A stretch of DNA of 64,000 bases from Geosiphon pyriformis uo1 (Eukaryota; Fungi; Glomeromycota). The notes beneath the pieces were generated by a model. It searched no databases and was not told where the DNA came from. It saw only the letters and a list, made by a program, of their open reading frames with translations. This document shows, in pieces, positions 12,972-25,300 of this stretch; position 1 is the first letter of the stretch, and each line of letters starts with the position of its first letter. The translations under genes were made by a program, and so were the position numbers. The DNA is taken from contig JAAOMT010000070.1 in NCBI GenBank assembly GCA_016748015.1, positions 62,001-126,000 on the forward strand, in the 5' to 3' direction.

Positions 12972-13108
12972 TTTTACCAAAGTTTAAAAGTAACAATAAT
13001 TAGGGTCGCGTCTAAATGCTTATAGTTGTTGACGATTCAAATTTTATCTGATTGACAATCGGTGTGTCACGGAAAAAATATCACCTATAAGATCATCATG
13101 AAATCAAG

Positions 13109-13859
13109 TCAATCCCATTTAATTACATCCGGATGTTCTTTAAATTTTTGATACGCGTCATAATTAAAGAAGGATAGTTCGGTCTCGTTTTCTTAAGGTT
13201 AAATATAAAATTTTTTCTAGATCAATAGTATCGATAAAAAAAAAAAAAATTGCTTCAACAATTGTCTACCTATTCCGTAAGATGATAAGGTAAAATTGTC
13301 ATCTTTTAATATCCAATCTTCATCGTGATCAAGATTTATGGTAAGATTTTGTGTCTAAAAAATTGTCTGAGGTTTGGGAATATGTCATATGTAAAATCTA
13401 TGAGATAACGGATTATCCCAAAGTTACCTTGGAACCATGAGCTTTAGTATAAATTTTAAGAGTATCTTTGGTCATGATTTAAATTTAAATTGAAAAGAGT
13501 GTTTTTTAAATTATTTCCCTGAAAAAGCAAAGTTTGAGTACAAGTATCCCTTTTACCATATTGAACTGTACGATATGGTCGTAATCCTGGAGTATTATTT
13601 ATTTCTTTTTTTTTCAAAAAAAAAAAATTTTTCTGTGTCAAAAGATATTTGAAAAGAAATATCAAAAAAATAAAAATGAATCGAAATAAATACTATCACG
13701 TAGCAACTCTTTTAGCTTTATTACTGTGATTGACTCCAAGTCCAATTGTTGCATGACAAGATTTTTTATTGAACGATATTCAAAACTTTTAATCAACCTT
13801 ATTGTGAGAGTTGAAGAGGTAGTCGGATTTAAAGTATTTGTTAAAGGATCAGCCAGCAT
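13109..13859 (-). CDS. AIM29: UPF0538/C2orf76 (DUF2340) ubiquitin-like protein, AIM29 homologue (5 exons)
   Basis: TLTIRLIKSFEYRSIKNLV...TLKIYTKAHGSK..NLTINLDHDED...ENETELSFFN...KEHPDVIKWD* across GT-AG introns. Confidence 0.85.
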
Positions 13860-14479
13860 GACTTTTAAAAAAAAATTTTTTTTGGGAAAAAAATATCAGA
13901 TCACAAATCTGATTTAAACTCGCCGGGGGGTTCAACGTTTTTCCGAGAAATCTTGAATTTTGGTTAGAAAAAATCTGTAATTTCAAGAATCTATTTTAAT
14001 AGATATTTGTTTACTTTAAAACTCAATTTTACAAAAATCTTTATTTTATGAATTATACAAAAAATAAAATAAAATATGGGTTTTAAGTTTCGATTCAATT
14101 TAATTCATAAAAAAAACTTTTTTTTTTTTTTAGGTTTAAAATTTTCCAAAAAGAAATTGTTTTTTGATAAAAGTTTTTTATTTTTTATTGCTTTATTATT
14201 TCCAATATTTTGTAAGATACCAACTTTTTTGTGCAAAAACTGATAGCTGCTATTAATAATAATATGGCCAAAAAAAAGTTGCCAAAAGATATTATATATG
14301 GCCTTATTAATAATAATTTTATGCAAAATATTAAAAACTTTAATAATAAAACAATTCTTTTTTTAAACAAATTTTTTTTAAATAGTAATTTAATTATTAT
14401 TAACAAATATAATAACATAAAAACTAATTTTATGTGTAAAATAAAAAGATTTATTTTTTTTATTTTTATTTTATTTTAT

Positions 14480-17400
14480 AAGTAAAATTTAAATACTACT
14501 TAATATAATATATTAAATTAAATAATTTAAATTAAGTATAAATTATGCTTTTTTTATACATAACTAACTATTTAAACCAATTAAAACAATACTTTGTGTT
14601 TATATTAATCATAATCAGATTATTTATGTTCAAATAAATTGAATACTTACTATATATTTTAAAACAAATTCTAAAAGTTTTAACAATTTCAAGCAATTTT
14701 ATAATACTATTAGAAACATATATATATTGCTAATAATAAATATTATTAAGCTATTATAAAGTATTAAACTGTTTTTTTTAAGATTATTTTATATTTTGTC
14801 TTAATTAATCAAACTTTATCTTAATAAGTTATTTTAAAACTATAAACAAAATTCACAATTTTATTAACAGTTAATTTTGAATTCTTAAAAACAAAAAAAT
14901 TTTTTAAAACCAATTTATAAAAACAAAGTTTTTGTCAAAAATTATACATAAAATAACATTAAATATATATAAAAAAAGTATTTATATAAGCTAAATACTA
15001 ATTTCTATAGTATAATATACAAATTTAACAATTAAATATAAATGTTTAGATCTGTTTTACAAAAAAATAATTAAAAAACTTGACATTATTATAAAAAAAA
15101 CACAAAATATTATAATAAAAACTATTGTATAGTTATTTATAAACAATAATAGACAAATAATAATACAAAAATTTTATAAAATAAGAATACAAATTAATAA
15201 TAAACTTGTTTATAAAACCAATTATTATATAAGAATCAGAATATTAAAACAAAAATAATTGAATTTAATTAATATTTTTAAGTAAATTTTTATCTAAAAT
15301 TTATGTATTAAAATCAATTTTTCAATATATTTAATTTACTATTTAAAAATATTACAAACAAAATATTAAGCATTTCTTAAAACTACCATATTATTGGCTC
15401 TAATAAATTTTTTAAACATAAATTAATAGCATCAAATTTAAAAAAAAACATTATTAGCCAATTTATTAATTATTTTATTACCAAAAATATCTAAATAACT
15501 CTTAATTTTTAACTAAATAATACAAAACTTCTTATTTTTAATAATGTTTGTAATATAATATCTTTTCAATTAACAGTAATTGTAAAAGTTAAAGGTTCTC
15601 AGCTGGCGCTCTCATCACCCTCTGCTTTTCCCTTCTTGTATTAATGTCAGTTCTTTGAATAATTTTTTGGCTGGTATCATCTGGATTTTTTTGGGTTGCG
15701 ATTTTTCTCTGGGTGGTCTCATGACCAATGTTTTTCGTTTTCAAAAGGGGACCCCAATGTCTATTGTTCTTAGCAAGTTAGCTTTTTATAAATGTGTTTC
15801 TTCACTTCGGTGATATGGAATTGCCTTTGTTAAGCAGCTTCGTGATCGAACTGGTTCTGTTTTTGAATAGAGGACTTTCAAGCAGTGGAAGAGACTAGAC
15901 CCTCGGGGCCCGATTCCTGATTGGTTCAATGCTACTGTTCGCTTTTTGTCTGGTTCTGGGTTATCTCTCATTTGTTCTCTTTTGCCACTGAATGTTGACT
16001 CATCTGACGTACTTGAGTCTTGCAAATTTAATGTTGTTTGCAATCGCTTGTTGGAGATTGATTCTGACTGCCTTTCTCTGTTTACGGATGGTTCTTTGTG
16101 TGGGCTGGGTACTCTTGGTATGAAGGCTGGCGCTGCTGTTTTTTTTAAGAACATTGATTTGGATTTAGGTGTGGAAGTTTCTGGTCTGGTTTCTTCTACT
16201 ATGACGGAGCTGCAGGCCATTGCTTTGGCTCTCGAGTGTGTCCCTTCTTCTCGTTCGGTTAATCTGTTTTCGGACAGCCAGGCCACTTTGGATGCAGCAG
16301 GTCAGAGTTAATGTTGGGGTGTTCGGATTTCAGGAATCAGTATTGGGTCGAACGCCACCATATTTCTAATGTTATTTGTCGCAAAAATTTGGATGTTAAT
16401 TGGATTAAAGTTAGAGGTCACTCTGGAGTCTTGGGCAATGAGTGTGCTGACACTTTGGCTAGGACTGCTGCGTCTTCTGGTGTGCATCTTCCTCACAGGA
16501 TCAATGAACATTTTCTCAAGGCTGGCGGTACTGTGGTTTCTGATAATTCTAGGCATTTTGTTTGTAATGTTTTCCACTCTATTCACCATGCACATTGGGA
16601 GGTTGGTTCTGGTTTTCGGGTATTGGTGGACAGCTTACGTGCTGATGTTGATTGGTTCAGGTCATGTTCGGTGTGGCATCCGAATTCTCATTTGGCCACT
16701 GGTTTCACTAGTGCTTGTACTGCTGATTCTCGGACGTATTTTATAAAGACGTTGCATCATTGTCTTCCTGTTGCTGTGCAAAAGTGACTTTACAATAAGG
16801 AGTACCCCAGTGTGATGTGTTTGTTCTGCGGCAATGTTGAAATTTCAGATCATGTGTTTTCGTGCCCATTCGATGCTGGTGATTATGCTCGGTTGATGAA
16901 TGCTCATGCATCTGTTTGGGAAACACACTCAGATTTATCTTACTTGACTTCATGTGTTTCACAGTTGCTTTCTGCTTGCACTTCCAATGCTGTTGTTGGT
17001 GCAGCTATATGTAAGGGCTTTGTTTTCAATGAGTGGTATCATGAATCTTTTTCTGTTTTCAAGGACTCTAAAATGGCAGCTCAGAATATCGTGGCATTCG
17101 TGCGTGATTTCTGTCTTGCATTCCATGATGATATTTGGCTGGTTCGTGTGAAACACAGAGCTATTATGGAGAAGAGTGGCTTTATCTCACGTGATGGTTC
17201 TATTCCTGTCTCGGTTTCTGGTCTTCCTTCGGTACTCTCGTCCAGTGTGATTAGATTATTGGGTATCACTGATGCTATTGGTATTGGTTTTGGGTTTCGT
17301 AAATCTAGTTTATTCTTTTCAGGTGTAGGTAACTTGGTCTCAGTGCATATAGGTGCCTAGTGTTGTCTTGACTAGTCTGAGTGGCTGGTCACGTGTAGAA

Positions 17401-18300
17401 AGAGCATGATTCACACCTAGTTTAGATCACTTGTATGATGTATTGTACTAGGTAGTGTTTGGACCTCACTCGTTAAAATAAAATAAAAAAAAGTTAAATA
17501 AGACTAAATCTAACTTAATAATATATATATTTAAAAAACTTAATAATTTAAGTTAACTATAATATTATTAATAAAAAAAAACATGCTTTAAAAACAAAAC
17601 AATAACTTGTAATTTGACCAATATAAAAAAACTAAGTTATGTATCTTAATACCAATAACTAAATTTAAATTATCAAAAAACATAACAGTATCACTTTTTA
17701 TTTTTGTTAAATTTAAATTACTTAAAAACTTATTAGTATAAACATTAATAATATTTAGATTAATATTAAGTAAACTGGTTTTACCTAAAAAAAATCCATT
17801 AAAATAAAGCATATTAGCCAATTAATAGCCAATAATCAATAATAATACAAAATAATTATTAAACAAATTAGCTAAAAAGTGGGTTTTTAAGATTTAATTT
17901 TTTTTAGTATTGAAAACTTTTCTAATTAAACACACTTTTTTTTTAATATACAGCTATTTAGTAAAAACAATACCAAATTTTTTAAGTAAATAAAACACAT
18001 TAATAAAGACTAAAGTATTTAAAACCAAAAACATTAAAATTTTATTCAAAAAACAAAAAACAAAAAATAAATTATTTATAAGTAAAATATTATATTCTTT
18101 AAAAATCTTAACAATTCTAGCTAAAAAATTATTTACTAAATTAATATTTAAATAAACTGGATATTGCAAAAAGTGATTTAAAAACCAGTTTAAAATTTGT
18201 AAATTTAGAAATCTATAATTAAAAAAATAAATAAAAATATTTTTTGTATTTAAAAAACATATTACTAATACTATTTTATTTTTTATTTGTATCTGTTTAA
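14480..18300 (-). mobile_element. Old, heavily AT-eroded antisense LINE (ORF2 3' half + 3' UTR), split by a younger LINE insertion
   Basis: Reverse-strand 3' UTR at ~14480-14592; RNase H remnant (IKSYLDIFGNKIINKLA ~ VKGHSGV.GNE.AD.LA) near 15455-15510; ORF 17954-18169 is ORF2-like; reading continues across the insertion point. Confidence 0.75.
15594..17488 (+). mobile_element. Young 5'-truncated LINE: RNase H, CCHC finger, 3' UTR, A-rich tail; 10-bp TSD
   Basis: FTDGSL...ELQAI...SDSQ...KVRGHSG..GNECAD; CLFCGNVEISDHVFSC; a few stops and a frameshift ~16300; much higher GC than flanks; AAAAGTTAAA duplicated at 15584-15593 and 17489-17498. Confidence 0.92.
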
Positions 18301-21300
18301 AAATTTTAAACTATATAATAAAAAAATCTATTAAAAATTCTGGTTTTGACAATAATAGCAAACAAGTTTTTCTTAGAAAAAAAAAAGGAGTGGTGTTTTA
18401 AAAAACAGTATTAATGGCTTTAACTAATCACTTTTGGAGTTCTGAAACTGGCAATACTATTAAATTTGATAGTGTTAATATAGAAGAGAAATGTCTAGTA
18501 GAGAAAGCCAAGTGTTGATTATGGTAAAAAACACATTTCTAATGAAAAAAATTCCAATTGAATACCAAAAAGTCCATAAGTTAAAACCAAAAAAGTTTTA
18601 AATATACTTTTAAGGAAAATAAACTTCTTGAATAATAATGATAATGATAATATATTGTTAGATATTCCACCAAATTTCTTTTTTTTTCTAAAAAATCTGG
18701 TTTTTGTTTCTGTTAAGAAGTTTTTTGCTTTAAATATTGGTTTGAATAATGTTATTAAAAAGTTTTTTCAAGAAAAGTTTATAATAATAAAAAAATTATT
18801 CTCAAAAATCAATGGTTTTGAAAAGGCTTTTATCTCCTTAAAATTTGCTGGAATTATTCAAACTATGTTCACTTTTGAATCAAGCTTGGCACAAGTAATT
18901 ATTTTGGCAAAGACTAAAGATATTACTGTAAATACCAATCTTAAAAAATTAACTGTGTATTCAAATTAGACTGTAGTGATAAAAAAAATCTCAATCAGGA
19001 CATTGACTAATGCTGTATATGCTGTACTATTCGAATTTAGTAAGATCAAGTTAATCAAAATACAACTGATAGGACTATAACAAAAAGCTGTGATTAAATT
19101 TGGTTATTTAAATCAAGTTAATCTAGTTATAACAATGTAATTTGTCTTAATTAGAAAGAATACAATACATATAGTCAGAGCTAACATGAACAAAGAATTA
19201 TGGGATGTAAAAAACAAGTATAAAATGCTACTTTATATATTATCAGTAAGAACAAATGTTCACAATATTTGGAATTTTATTGGCTTTGTGTATAGAAAAA
19301 CATGTGTTATGAATTATTATTTAATTACATATGTCTAAACTAAGTATATAATAGTTTGTTTTAATTCTGTTAAATCATTAAAAACTGTTATAAAAACTAT
19401 ATTAGTGCTAAAAAATACCAATTTGTATTGATTACACCTGAGTTTGACTAAGTGTACTAAGTATAAGAATTTAAGTTATATATTATTAGACTGTATTGTA
19501 AATAGAAAAGCATCTCTTGGTGACTTAAATTGTAGAAATTTATCAAAAACAGATAAAAACAGATTAATAAACATTTATGCTAAATATTTGACACTTATTA
19601 TTTAACTTGTCTCTTTTGATGGCATCTTTTGGGCTAAAGTAGTTAGTGGAATATTCTTTTTCTTTTTTTTTGTGCAAAATAATTTTGTAGAATTTGGCTT
19701 TTTTCCAAAAATAAAGTTTAATTCACTTATGTCTAATAAATTGAATATTAGATTTGCTATTCTTAAGTATAGTCTTACTAGTTTCATGAGACAAATTAGT
19801 GAGTTGGTTGAGAGATTAAACAAACTTAAACCAATAGTTCTTCAGTTTAACTCTAGAAGTCAGTTATTAATAACTCTTTTATTACAGAATTAAGAGGCAA
19901 ATACATTAATAAGTGAGAGTTTGGGTTTAGTTACTAGTAGTAAGACTGTAGTAGAAGTGATATCTTTGGACTTTTTAGTAGTTTATAAGTTAAAAAACAG
20001 TTTTAGGTTTTTCAGCCAAGATAGACAAATTTAATTTGGTTTTAAAACTTTTTTTATCTTAATGACCAGTCTTGTCTAAAAAATTGTTACATGTAATATT
20101 AGAGGCATAAACAATTTAACAAAACAGAAAAATATTGTTAGATGACATAAAAAATTAGACAATTTGATTTCTATTGTAATTAAGACAAAATTAAAAAGAC
20201 AAATTAGATCTTAGATTAAGACCAGATTTGTAGAATTGAAAGTTTTTGTATTTGGTTTGAACACTAGTTATCTGAATTCGGAAGTGGTAATAGTAATGGA
20301 CAAATTCTTTACTTAATATGTATATAAGATCTCTGAAATTTTTGGTTATTTTTTCTTATTTTGATTGTTGTTTAACAAAAAAGTTTTGGTAATTATTCTA
20401 GGTTTTTATATGAGTGCTTCTACTAAAATATAATTTAATCAAGCTGGTAAAATGAATTTGTGGATTGTCAAGACAATTAACATAAGTTTTTATGTAGTTT
20501 TAGGAAATGACTTCAATAAAAATAGAGCAAAGTAATACATGAGCTTAAAAAAATGTTTTGATTTGGGTTTGTACAATTTTATATTAAGTATTAAAGTAGC
20601 TAAACTTCCAATATGAGATAATTTAAGAGGTGTTAAAAAGACTATTGATTATATTTTAGTTAGTAAATATTTTTTAACAATAGTAATCAAGCAAAATATT
20701 AATAGTGTTTCTGATTTTTTTGATACTAATCATTTGGCTGTTGTGATTTTACTTAGTTTAATCAGTCTTTAGAATGCAAATTTGAATGCTATTTGAAAAC
20801 ATGCCAATAGAAATTAATGGAAGTTTGGTCTTAAAAATACTAATCTGTTAAAATAGACCCAGTTTAAGGAATATTTATCAATTAGAATGTCTTAATCATA
20901 TTATGAGTTTCAAAGTACAAAGGAAAAAAACAATTGAATGTAATATAAAATCTTGTAAAATTGGTTATTATTAGATTAATAGACAAAGTATTTCCAGGAA
21001 TTGGTTTAAAAATTTCAATAATTTTAAGAACAAACAGTCTTTTAAGTACTATAAACTAGAAATTTTGGTTTTAAGAATAATTAAAATCTTTACTTCTAAG
21101 AATATTACTGAGTTTAATTGTTTTAAACAAATTTAATCAAAATTGAATACTGATAATTCAAGTGGTTTGTTTTTTTTAATTGAGTATAAAGCTAAGAATA
21201 AGAAAATTCTTCTGTATTTGTTAAAATTTAAAAAAAAATATTGGAAATTTAAGTATCAAAAATTTGAGACTAAAAAAACAGCTAATATTAAAAGCATAAT

Positions 21301-21533
21301 TAATAAAAAAATGGAAAATTTCAGTTTTAATAAAGACAATATGATTAAAAATGTTTTAGAATAGTCATTTTGAAAGATAGTTCTAAATTATCTGGTAATT
21401 AGAAAGAAGTTGGTTCTAAAGCCAGATGAGGTAAAGCAAAAGATTGATAAAATCATGATAAATTGAACAAAAAAGTGTAAAATTTTTTTAGTCTTGTCTA
21501 ATTTGTAAGCTTGTTAATATGTGTCTTTGGCAT

Positions 21534-22361
21534 TATTATGGAAGAGTTTTCTTAGTATATTTTAATTGTTGATATCCCGTTTTAATTGTAATCAGTCTTT
21601 TGTGAGTTCCTCAATTTTATGTGTTAGATATTAATAATAATGTACTGAAGATTTTTTTTTAATATTGTGATATAAGTCTTCTCTTTAATTCTAGTTGTTT
21701 TTATATGTTGTGTACTTTTTTCTAAAGGCTAATCTAAAATTTATCTGCTGTCTGGGGTCTTTTCTGAGACTATTTTTGCAATTGCCTAATGTGTTTCTTT
21801 AATCTAGAAACATGGAATGTTAATGGCTTTTTTACAATTTTTTTAAGTATATAATAAAGCTTTTTCAATTTAATTAGCAACCATATGAATAATTTTGATC
21901 AGGAATTATTCTTCCAAAGGGTTCAGAAATGGAATGATAGTTTTATTTGTTAGAGAGAATATGTGAATTCTATTGTTAATCTTATAATTGTGATGTTAAT
22001 TCAATTTATTATTTTTATTAATTCTTTTTGAATAAAATTTTATTTAGATATTTGTTGCTTTTAATTAAAACTGTTCTATTTTTCATTATTAAAACTATTG
22101 TATATATATATAATTATTGTTTTACAAAATAATATCTTGTAATATTTTATTTCTATTATTTCTAATAGTGCTTGCTGCTTTTGTATAATAGTGCTTACTG
22201 TTATTGTAAAATAGTACTTATTGCTTTTGTACAATAGTGTTTACTGCTATTGTAAAATAATGCTTGCTGTTATTTGTAAATCATTTTTTTTTATAAATTG
22301 TTGCTGTGCTATTTCATGATTGGCTAATTTATAATTCCTATTAAATTCTTAAACTATAACA
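21534..22361 (-). mobile_element. Solo LTR (~828 bp) inserted in LINE ORF2 with 4-bp TSD
   Basis: Termini TATTAT...ATAACA (eroded TG..CA inverted ends); GCAT duplicated at 21530-21533 and 22362-22365; removal restores ORF2 reading YVSL-AYINKNIFFGV; CCAAT and TATA boxes on minus strand as in the 1370-2154 LTR. Confidence 0.8.
22164..22279. repeat. 23-bp minisatellite, ~5 copies, inside the solo LTR
   Basis: AATAGTGCTTGCTGCTTTTGTAT / AATAGTGCTTACTGTTATTGTAA units alternating. Confidence 0.85.
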
Positions 22362-25300
22362 GCATATATAAATAAGAATATTTTCTTTGGTGTAATAAGT
22401 GTCATCAAAAAGATAGATTTGATCTCAATAATTGACAACTTGTCTAATAGCAAAGCTGCTAATTTATTTGGCATAACTAATAAACTTTGGAAACATTGTG
22501 ATAATATAATAGTAGACTGTTTCTTAGTTCTGTTAAACACTTGTTTAATTCTTGAAAACATTTCTGTTCTCTGGAAAAATACATAAGTTTTAATGATCCC
22601 CAAGCTATATAATTGGAATAGAGTTTTAATTAACACATAACCCATTGTATTGATTAAAACTGCCAAAAAAATCTTGTCTAAAATTCTATTAAATTGTATC
22701 TTATTTGCTTATGATAAATTTAATGTTTTCTATAGTAACAATTTCTTAGTTTTAAAAGGTACTTTAATTCAATCTTCAATATTTGTTGATAGTTTTATCA
22801 TAAAAGATGCTTTGAAAACATATATAAAAACAGGATTAACAGAATAATAACAGATTTTAGTTTTTTAAATAGTTATAAAATGCATAATAAACTAGATTAA
22901 GATAAGATTTTTTTATTATTTCTTTGGAAAATTTTTTATGATTCCCTATTGTGCAAAGTAAAACATCAAGAACATTTGTGTAAATATTAGATTAATACCA
23001 ATTTTGTGGTTAAAACAAACAGAGTAAAAGTCAGTAGAGAAAAAACTTCTTTCTTTGCAACTGGTATTTTTATAAATAACACAATTTGAATAAGAAATAG
23101 TTAGGCTTCAATGCAGTATATTTTAGACTTAACCAATTAGTTTTTTAAGATTAATAATATTTGCATTAACAATAAAAAGACAGTTGTAATTTCTATTAAC
23201 TAAAGAGTTGTATTTGCTTTATTATATATTGGCAATCCAACTTATTTTTATTGCCAAGTGTAAAAAATCTTACAAATATTTAGAAATTTTTTTGTTAACA
23301 GAAAGTATGTTTAAGCCAAGTCTTGTCAAAGCATATTTAGATATTAAGTTTTTTTCAAACATGATTCTCAAGAAAACTCTATCAGATAAGCAATTTTTTT
23401 ACTTAGTTTTAGCAGTTTTGCAGTCTATTATTGGTTACTAGATGTAATTTAGTTTTGTGTTTAAGAGTGTATATCAAAAGTGGAATGTTATGATTAGAAA
23501 AGAGCTTAAGTTAAAGACTAATTTGCTAAAAAACTTTCTTAATAAAGCTCTATATTATCTATTATTATATGAGCTTAAATTATTTGAGCAGTTTTAGGCT
23601 AAAAACAAGATGGTTTTATTAATTTGGTTTTCTAATGTGACAAGAATTCTTGGCAGTCTATTTGTGTACTGGTTTCTAAATTTGCAGATTGCAGACTGAA
23701 TGTCAAAAAACTTATTACAATATTTTGTCAAGTTAAAAGTTCATTCTATAAAAAATTTCTGGCAAGTATAATAAAAATTTTTTAAATAACAATATTTCTT
23801 TGACAAATAAACTATCTTGTGCATTTAATCTTCTTGTTACTTTTTTATGTTAAAAATTTTGGGTGGCTTATGTTACTTTAATATAACTCACTCTTTAAAA
23901 TATCTTGGTATTGTTTTTAATAATAAATTATTAAACAAACATGGCTTTATTATGGATTAAAAGATATTTTATCATTAAAAAAGACTGAGTTCAAAGAATT
24001 TTGTGCCAATATGGTTTGTAAAAGCTGCTAATTACATAAACAACTTTTCTGTTAATCTTATTGAGTACAGCTTTGATTTTGACAGTTCAGATTTTTATAG
24101 TTTAAGTGAATTTTTAAATGTTTAGGAGTATATACATAAACTTTAGGCAAAAAAGATTAACATTTACACCAATAGTTTTTTATGTAATCTAAGTACTATT
24201 AAAGTAATAAGTGGAGTGACAGTGTATTTTTCTGAGATTGTGATAAGTTTTGGTGTAAAAGTTTTTGGTTTGTTATTATTAATATTATTAGAATTACAGG
24301 TTATTGCTCTAACTTTAAAATATGTCTTTTCATTATGCTTGATGGTTTTACATACAGACAGCTAAATTATTATAAATATATCTATATTAGAGCTTATGTT
24401 GTTTGTGCCTAATTTTTGAAATAAATGCTGAATTAAAATATGTCATATGGCTAATCTAATTAGATTCAAAGACATTTCTGTTAAGTAAGTAAAGGTTAAA
24501 AGCTATTTAGTGAATATTAACAATGATAAAACTGATAGTTTTATGAGTATTACAGTACAGTTTTGTATTTTTTTACTTATTAGTGTACAGAAAAAATTTA
24601 TTTTGGTAAATGAGTTAGTTATTTTAAACAATGCTTAGTATTTTGTTTACAATATATATCAGATAATTAAGTATGCTTAATAAAAAATGAATCTGAGTAT
24701 GGAAATTTTACAGAATTTTTTTATTCAGATTATTAATTAGTACTGTACTGTTTCAGTATAGTACTCTAATTCTCATATGCTTTTTGGTTATGCTAACAGA
24801 CTTTTAGTGACTTTTTATACATATTTAATAAAGGTAATTTATAGGAGATTGCCAACTGTAGTTAAAAAAAGACTTTATAACATAAAATATTTAAGTGTAT
24901 TATATCTGTTTTGTAATAATATTAAACTATTTGATTATGTTTTTATCTGTTCAAAAAATGCTTTAGCATGCTCAAAAATCTTGTTAGATTATGCCAAATT
25001 GTGAACTTTTTTAGTAGAATCTTGCTCTTTATTAATTTTTTTGGTGTTGTATACTTTTCTGTTAAAAGTATTAAATATTAGTGTTTATGGGATTTTATAT
25101 AAAAAATTTGTTCTCAAAAATTAGATTAGCAAAGCTGTTTTTAGGATTGAAAATAAAAAAAATGCTATGGTAATAGTAACTAATTTTATTTAATATCTGA
25201 TTAATATATATTATAGTAGATTGTAGAATTTTAAGTCTAAATATAGAATTAATATGAAAAAAAGTGGTTTAGTTAAGAACACAGAGATTTAGTCTAAGAT

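Noticed and set aside
15786-17269. Minus-strand and alternative-frame ORFs over the young LINE
   Set aside because: Shadow frames of the GC-richer ORF2
17377-17471. LINE 3' tail as a hammerhead ribozyme
   Set aside because: CTGAGTG does not match the CUGANGA core and GAAA/NUH are not placed correctly
22164-22279. Regularly spaced 23-bp repeats as a possible CRISPR array
   Set aside because: Units are contiguous with no unique spacers; eukaryotic LTR context; no cas genes
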